Shown here piece after piece: positions 58,155-64,000 of a stretch of 64,000 nt of DNA. Both the position numbers and the translations under genes were made by a program. Every line of letters begins with the position of its first letter. The stretch's first letter is position 1. The notes under the pieces were generated by a model. That model saw nothing but the letters and a program-made list of their open reading frames with translations. It made no database searches and had not been told where the DNA came from. The stretch spans positions 15,078-79,077 of the IMG/VR virus record IMGVR_UViG_3300010344_001170, one strand, 5' to 3'. Origin of the DNA: a virus (taxonomy: Duplodnaviria; Caudoviricetes).

Positions 58155-59049
58155 CTCCTTCCTCGTCCTTGTATTTGACTACAGGGTCGACGGTGTCCAT
58201 AAAGATTCTTCTTATTTCAGTTAAAAGAGAAATCTCTGCTGCAGTCCAGTTATGAGATTCCATTATGATCTTGGAATAATTATCATCACTTAATCCTTTC
58301 CAGTCTAGGATAACAAATGGAGCAAAAGATATAAAATCCTCATCAATGATTTCGTTTAATTGTCTTTTGCGTGTAATATAATTTTTTAACCAATTTGTTA
58401 CACCAACTGAAGGAAGAGTGACTTTCATTTTCTTCCCATTTTTGAATTGTAATACAAACATTCTTTCAACTGGAGAATAATATCTCATTAATCTCTCGTC
58501 AAATGTAATGTATTGAACCATATCTTTTGTTACATCGATTTTGGTGGTTTCAGATGTTTTAACCTGAAGTTTATTTTCACCATTTACGAATGTAAATTCA
58601 CGAATAGCTAAAAGAATATAAAATCTATCGATTTCTTTGATGTCTTTCCAAGAAGAAATAGCTGCATTTGGATATTTTATTTTAGCACATCTCTCTAAAA
58701 CATAGTTTAACATATCATCTAATACAGATAGATTTTCTTCGTTCAATGTTGACCAGTGACGAATTTCTCCTGCTGTTGCAGCACGAATTAAGATCTCAGT
58801 TCCTTCAGGATAAAATAATCCCTGTGTAGGGAGATCCTGAATCGGAAGTTTTTGCCAACCTAACTGATTAGCAAATTGAACTTGTTCCGGAGATTTTTCC
58901 CATGGTTTTTGAACATTAGACATATCTTGAATAGGGGCTCCTACTGATGGCGTATTTATTTTTGACACAGTAGATTGAGCGTTGCTGTTTTCTATTCTCT
59001 CAGCAAATTCCTTTAATTTTTCCTCGTTAAGTTCTGATTGGCCTGGCAT
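58072..59049 (-). CDS. Tail assembly/baseplate-hub chaperone (gp26-like)
   Basis: LPTQGLFYPEG..IR..TAGE pattern; lies between tube and tape measure. Confidence 0.6.
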   Translation of the reverse strand: MPGQSELNEEKLKEFAERIENSNAQSTVSKINTPSVGAPIQDMSNVQKPWEKSPEQVQFANQLGWQKLPIQDLPTQGLFYPEGTEILIRAATAGEIRHWSTLNEENLSVLDDMLNYVLERCAKIKYPNAAISSWKDIKEIDRFYILLAIREFTFVNGENKLQVKTSETTKIDVTKDMVQYITFDERLMRYYSPVERMFVLQFKNGKKMKVTLPSVGVTNWLKNYITRKRQLNEIIDEDFISFAPFVILDWKGLSDDNYSKIIMESHNWTAAEISLLTEIRRIFMDTVDPVVKYKDEEGGERTVPLSFQGGIKSIFLISDPFGELV

Positions 59050-59051
59050 GA

Positions 59052-59243
59052 TTATAGTAATTTAACATTAATTGCACTCATTCCTCTTGATCCTTTTCTA
59101 AGATCAAATTTAACTTTATCATCTTTTTTGATTTTATCAACACACTCGGATGAGTGTACAAAATATTCGTCTGATGAATTTTTATCTTTAATGAATCCAA
59201 AACCTTTTGTATCATCAAAGAATTTTACTGTTCCTTCGTTCAT
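59052..59243 (-). CDS. cspA: Cold-shock protein
   Basis: GTVKFF..KGFGFI (RNP1), YFVH (RNP2). Confidence 0.9.
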   Translation of the reverse strand: MNEGTVKFFDDTKGFGFIKDKNSSDEYFVHSSECVDKIKKDDKVKFDLRKGSRGMSAINVKLL

Positions 59244-59358
59244 AAATATACAATTTCTTTTTATATATCATTATATGTAAAAAAGTTGCCTAGGTTTTAA
59301 AATAAAAAAGGGAGATATATATAGAATACCTCCCTTTGGAATGATACGCAAACGGGTT

Positions 59359-59955
59359 TTAAACAATAGATTCATCCCAAGAATCTACAGCAAGAGTAAA
59401 GTTTTCAATTTTATAATGTTCATCAGACATATATCCTAATTCTGGAGCTGGAAGTTGTGACATTGGAAATACATTGTAACATTTCCATTGCCAGAATGGA
59501 TTAGCGGCTCTATCATACATAGTTATTAACATCCAAGGCGCAACATAATCTACTTTCAATCCAGTTCTACCTGTAAGTGGATCATATACTAAGTCACACC
59601 ATTTTCTTAAAGTTTTTAGAACATATGCACTTGGAGTTCTATCAAGGTTTACTTCAAAAGTAATTCCTATATCCATTGTGGTTTTATCTGGCTTAGCACC
59701 AGCAAATCTTCTAGTAGCCCATTTATACTGTTGTTCCATAGGCGAACCAGGGAATGAATGTGAAACTAATCCTGTTATATTTTGAACTTGTTCAAGCAAG
59801 AGATTAGTATTCTCGTCACTAGATCCTACTCCAACAGGAAGTGCTATTTGAATCGTAAATAGGTTAAGATATACGGGTTCATATAGCTCTTGAGCCGCTC
59901 TTGAGTTTTTCCAGTGAGGTAGTCCGAATGAACCTTGACTCTTAAAATCTGCCAT
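59359..59955 (-). CDS. gp19: Tail tube protein
   Basis: EPVYLNLF..R.FAG..TF..N..L.KW.DL.YDP.TG; follows sheath. Confidence 0.8.
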   Translation of the reverse strand: MADFKSQGSFGLPHWKNSRAAQELYEPVYLNLFTIQIALPVGVGSSDENTNLLLEQVQNITGLVSHSFPGSPMEQQYKWATRRFAGAKPDKTTMDIGITFEVNLDRTPSAYVLKTLRKWCDLVYDPLTGRTGLKVDYVAPWMLITMYDRAANPFWQWKCYNVFPMSQLPAPELGYMSDEHYKIENFTLAVDSWDESIV

Positions 59956-60017
59956 ATTGCGTTAATTTATTTTATATATTAAAATTCGTTTGCATTCAAT
60001 GAGCCAATCTCAATGAA

Positions 60018-62507
60018 TTATACTGCTGTAAATCCACCACTGCTAGCAGTTCCTAATTTGTTAACAGTGATTCTGTTTATAATTTTTTCCATTCCTTTGT
60101 TAATCCAAACTCCAATATCAATTATGGCAAAACCTTCATCTATTAATTCATTAGTGTTATTGGATTCATCCATAACAATTTCATAATCATAGAGTGCTCC
60201 AGCATCTTTAATTGATTCTAAGATTGGAGTTACGGAGTTTACAATATTTAATCTTGAAACTGGATTATTATAATCGAATACGAAATTCTTAAGAACTTCT
60301 TCAACTTGTAACTCAATTGTATTGAGAAGCTCTCTTACATGTAGGAAGTTGTAATCACTTCTAACAGTTTGGAAAGAAGTTCTGTTAGAGTAAATCATAA
60401 CTTGTGAACTTGTAGGTCTCTCGATAATTGAGTTATATCCGAATGGTTCTAGATAATCTCTATCGGTTTGGTCTAAGTTGTATTCAACACCACCAACATT
60501 TGAGTTAGCAATGATACCATTTTTGTTTGCACAAATTGCAAATGGATCACCACCTAAAAATTTTCTAACAAATGTGTTAGATACGTCAGCAGCTGGTGGA
60601 ACTAAGAATACTTTATCGTTATCAACATATTTTAAGTATGGTCCGAATATACCGCAATAACGTGCTCCACTATCTTCTGATGGGAAGCTAAATGTAAACG
60701 ATCTTGGCATATCTGGGTTACCACCTTCAGGAATCCATTCTGTTGAGAAGATGGGTTTAGGATCTACTCCTGGAATAAACATATCGCAGAAGTATGGATC
60801 TTGTGATGTTGAGAATTGTGCGATTGAAGGTGCACTAATTATAGCTGTGGTTTTACCTCTCTTCTTAGCAAGTCTTGATAAGTAAACTTTACCTCCGAGT
60901 TCTGGTCTTAAACCATAAGCCATAGTATCAACAACATAACGATATTGAATCATATCAGGATTTGTTAATCCTCTAAGAATTCCTTTATCTTCAAGCATTG
61001 AGTAAATTTTCTCAACACCTTCTTCATTACTTGGAGCTCCGTCTTCATCATATCCTGGAAGATGATTTGCATTTATAGTTAATCCTTCTAATTTAATCAT
61101 CTTATAGCATGTGGTGATAGCTGGATCATCAATAGGTTTTTGAACTATAATCTTGCCAGCTGTAACTAATACAGGCTCTGCTGTTTGAATTTCATAGGTT
61201 CCATTTTTGAAAATTTTTGAAATAACTCTTGTAACACCAAATGGAGATCCTAAATTTATTCCTGTATCATCTTTTTTCACAAAAGTTCCAACGGTAATAA
61301 ATGTGTTATCTACAGAAGAATCCAAGGTAAATTTTTTTACCATATATGCTGGATCAGTTGTTGTAATATTAATTTCTGTGTGTAATACAGTATCAGGAAC
61401 GTCTATTGCATAACTTAAGAAGTTTTTCTGTACTGGACATACGCAGCCTGCATAATCTATTAAATTATGACCTACTAAATCAACTACATATTGTGCTGGA
61501 TCGAATGCTGCTCCATCTCCAATTTCCCACTGCTGATCATTTTCATCCCAAATAAGTTGATCAAGTGCTTGATGGTTAACATTTAAGAGGACACCAGTTA
61601 ATGGGGTGGATGAGTTAACAATATCTTCAATGAATTGATTAGCTCCAGTTTGATCTCTAAATTCAGGAATAATAGTTCCAGTCCAAGAACCAATTAAATT
61701 AACTTGTGGAAGATTAATAAAATCTGTTAGTTTACTTGGAATTAAACCATCACTATTAAAATATTGTGAGAATATAGGATCAGTAGAAAGTTTATTATAT
61801 TTTGTCCAGTCACCTTCTACGGCAAAAATTTGAATGAAGAAATCCTTCATCAAATCATATGGTCTAATCCACTCAAATGGAATATTTGTATCTGCTCCAT
61901 ACCATTCTTTAGCATATACACTATATCCCTGTAATCCAACGGCTTTTCTTACAATAAATGACAAATCTCTAGTTCCAACGTTAGCTAATTGAAGCAATGG
62001 TGCACTTTCCGCGTTAGGTGCAGCATATTTGTTTTGAACTACTCCTTGAAGATAATCAGCATCTGATTTCCAAAATCTTTCTCTGTTAAAGAAATTAACA
62101 TAGAGATCCATTGGGATGTTATCTAAATCATCCTCTTGAACAGATGTATTTGAATCAACAGAAAGAGCAATTAAACTAACCTGATCCATATTTGTCGATG
62201 TATCAGGACTTGCGTCTGCTTTTAATAAGTTCAATGCGAATACTGGAGCTTGTAACAAGCAAGTATCAATAGATCTGTGGAAGAATGATCCCTTTCTTTC
62301 TAATTTAAGATCAATTTCACCGAAATATTTTTGACGATCTCTAGTGGATCTAATAAATACTGGCGTATTAAAAGGTCCAATTTTTGAGAATCCTACAACT
62401 AATCTCAATGACTGTGTAGTAACTACGATTCTTTCAGATTGGTCAATCTCGATTGTATATACTCCCGCGGATTTAAACTGAGATAAATCTAAAGCTAATT
62501 TTGCCAT
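60018..62507 (-). CDS. gp18: Tail sheath protein
   Basis: SAGVY..E.D.S..VGFS..GPFNTP; C-terminal VRELL..FVF..N..DESNNT..I.EG..IDI. Confidence 0.9.
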   Translation of the reverse strand: MAKLALDLSQFKSAGVYTIEIDQSERIVVTTQSLRLVVGFSKIGPFNTPVFIRSTRDRQKYFGEIDLKLERKGSFFHRSIDTCLLQAPVFALNLLKADASPDTSTNMDQVSLIALSVDSNTSVQEDDLDNIPMDLYVNFFNRERFWKSDADYLQGVVQNKYAAPNAESAPLLQLANVGTRDLSFIVRKAVGLQGYSVYAKEWYGADTNIPFEWIRPYDLMKDFFIQIFAVEGDWTKYNKLSTDPIFSQYFNSDGLIPSKLTDFINLPQVNLIGSWTGTIIPEFRDQTGANQFIEDIVNSSTPLTGVLLNVNHQALDQLIWDENDQQWEIGDGAAFDPAQYVVDLVGHNLIDYAGCVCPVQKNFLSYAIDVPDTVLHTEINITTTDPAYMVKKFTLDSSVDNTFITVGTFVKKDDTGINLGSPFGVTRVISKIFKNGTYEIQTAEPVLVTAGKIIVQKPIDDPAITTCYKMIKLEGLTINANHLPGYDEDGAPSNEEGVEKIYSMLEDKGILRGLTNPDMIQYRYVVDTMAYGLRPELGGKVYLSRLAKKRGKTTAIISAPSIAQFSTSQDPYFCDMFIPGVDPKPIFSTEWIPEGGNPDMPRSFTFSFPSEDSGARYCGIFGPYLKYVDNDKVFLVPPAADVSNTFVRKFLGGDPFAICANKNGIIANSNVGGVEYNLDQTDRDYLEPFGYNSIIERPTSSQVMIYSNRTSFQTVRSDYNFLHVRELLNTIELQVEEVLKNFVFDYNNPVSRLNIVNSVTPILESIKDAGALYDYEIVMDESNNTNELIDEGFAIIDIGVWINKGMEKIINRITVNKLGTASSGGFTAV

Positions 62508-62558
62508 GGAATTTTTTCTTTATTTTAATTATATATCAGTCTTATTTTAGGACAAAAA

Positions 62559-63083
62559 TTACGTTTTAAACCGATTTATATAATTAGGATTAAATTTTCT
62601 TTTTTCTTCTATACCTCTTTTGGTTTTTTCACAAAATTCTTCGGACATTTTTAATCCTTTATTCCAAATGGTATATTTTTTCTTTTTATTTTTATGAATC
62701 TTAGAAAGTTTCTTTCTTGTTTCTTCATTGTGATGTATAACTCCTCCTCTTCGGTTTAATCTTTGCTTTTCCTTTGTTTCTTCAGAATGTTTGTGCCATC
62801 CTTTTACTCCTCTTCCTCCAGTCGGACTTATATTATATCCATTAGGTACAAGTGTATTGAAATCTTTTATGTATTTTTCTTGAGCATTAAACGCATCTTC
62901 TTTGGTATCAAAAAATTCTAAAATTTTTCTTTGAAAATTTTGTTTGCCATATTTTTTGATTGCTGGAAGTAGCGCGGTTTTTCCACTACCAATATACCCG
63001 TCTTCTAAATTAGAGGTGGAATGATCTCCAACGTATTGTTTTCCATTAATCAAATTAGTTGTTATGTAAACAAAATGTTTCAT
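62559..63083 (-). mobile_element. GIY-YIG homing endonuclease
   Basis: FVYITTNLINGKQYVG..YIGSG; HSEETK repeats. Confidence 0.85.
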
Positions 63084-63105
63084 TTATATATTTATCTATT
63101 AAATA

Positions 63106-63999
63106 TTAGAAGGTTTTTCCTGGCCTATATTTGAAATGTCGTTCGCTATTTACTTTAAAAATTTCTTCAATTTTATTTTTTTGTACGTTATCCTCAAACA
63201 TTGAAGAAAATAATTCATCACTTATCTCGTTCTCATCATAGGGTTCTTTTAGAATTTCCATAGCATATTTTTTTGTAGGACTATCTTCCATAGCATCTAA
63301 AAAATCATATAGCCAATCGCCATATTCAGACTCAGAATAAAGTCTAGCTAAGTTTAATTCAGCCATTACTGTATCATCGTGTCTTGCTATACCTTTGTAT
63401 TTTCCTTCTTTATCTTTTCCAAATGCATTAAATTCATGATAAGTTTCTTCATGTGTTGGAACCAGGGTTTTATTTCCTATTAATTTTTTTCCTAACTTTG
63501 AAAAATATTCTTTATCTGATCTAACTTTAAATCCTGGTTTCTTTCGAGGAGGTTTTTCTCCTGGGATTGGGGCTGTATGATATGAATTCATTACAATGGA
63601 GTCATTAAACTTTTCATGATTTGAAAATTCAGCTAAATAAGCTTTTCCATTGAAATTCATTTCAACAACCAATTTGCATATTTCATCATTTAATTGATCG
63701 AAAACAATGGCTTTTGTTACTTTTGCCATAACATTTTCATCCTTTACATTATCTCGATATAATCCAACTTGTTCCATTCTAAACAAGTTTTCTATTCTTT
63801 GTTCGTCTCGTCTTAATTTTCTAAGTTGAACTAAACTTTTTAATTTAATTTGATGAATTGCTGCAACGTTATAGTCACTGTCTTTTTTCTCATTAACGTC
63901 TTTTCCTTCAGCTATATCAACAGATATAACGTATCTATCTGTTTTATTATTAATATCTTTGTTTGGATCGAAATCTTTTCTCCATTGTAAATTTCGTAT
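63106..63999 (-). CDS. terL: Terminase large subunit, C-terminal nuclease domain (partial; frame open to window edge)
   Basis: Frame upstream of the track ORF reads YVISVDIAEG..DSDYNVA; later HDDTVMA. Confidence 0.85.
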   Translation of the reverse strand: MRNLQWRKDFDPNKDINNKTDRYVISVDIAEGKDVNEKKDSDYNVAAIHQIKLKSLVQLRKLRRDEQRIENLFRMEQVGLYRDNVKDENVMAKVTKAIVFDQLNDEICKLVVEMNFNGKAYLAEFSNHEKFNDSIVMNSYHTAPIPGEKPPRKKPGFKVRSDKEYFSKLGKKLIGNKTLVPTHEETYHEFNAFGKDKEGKYKGIARHDDTVMAELNLARLYSESEYGDWLYDFLDAMEDSPTKKYAMEILKEPYDENEISDELFSSMFEDNVQKNKIEEIFKVNSERHFKYRPGKTF

Positions 64000-64000
64000 A

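Noticed and set aside
1-64000. Stop-codon reassignment as in some Bacteroidota megaphages
   Set aside because: Core genes are intact in code 11 and TAG/TGA serve as real stops (e.g. 12165, 31089, 13642)
1-64000. CRISPR array, reverse transcriptase/DGR, integrase
   Set aside because: No regularly spaced repeats and no RT or recombinase motifs seen

Overview
AT-rich 64-kb segment of a large T4-related myophage (jumbo-type). It carries terminase C-terminus, tail sheath, tube, chaperone and tape-measure genes, portal, gp4/gp15/gp2/gp55-like genes, thyA, tmk, an ECF sigma factor and five related GIY-YIG homing endonucleases, all readable in genetic code 11. TAnnTTTG promoters and type IX secretion (T9SS) sorting tails point to a Bacteroidota host. 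Highlights: (1) two phage genes with signal peptide and T9SS tail, one with tandem PL9 polysaccharide-lyase domains; (2) a nuclease-helicase-methyltransferase gene with late promoter and head-targeting-like leader, followed by a split, order-swapped second MTase/TRD bounded by direct repeats; (3) a circularly permuted two-piece tmRNA; (4) a -1 programmed frameshift candidate that fills an apparent intergenic gap; (5) about 20 unrelated genes sharing a capsid-targeting-like N-terminal leader. All product calls come from motif recognition by eye; no database search was run.
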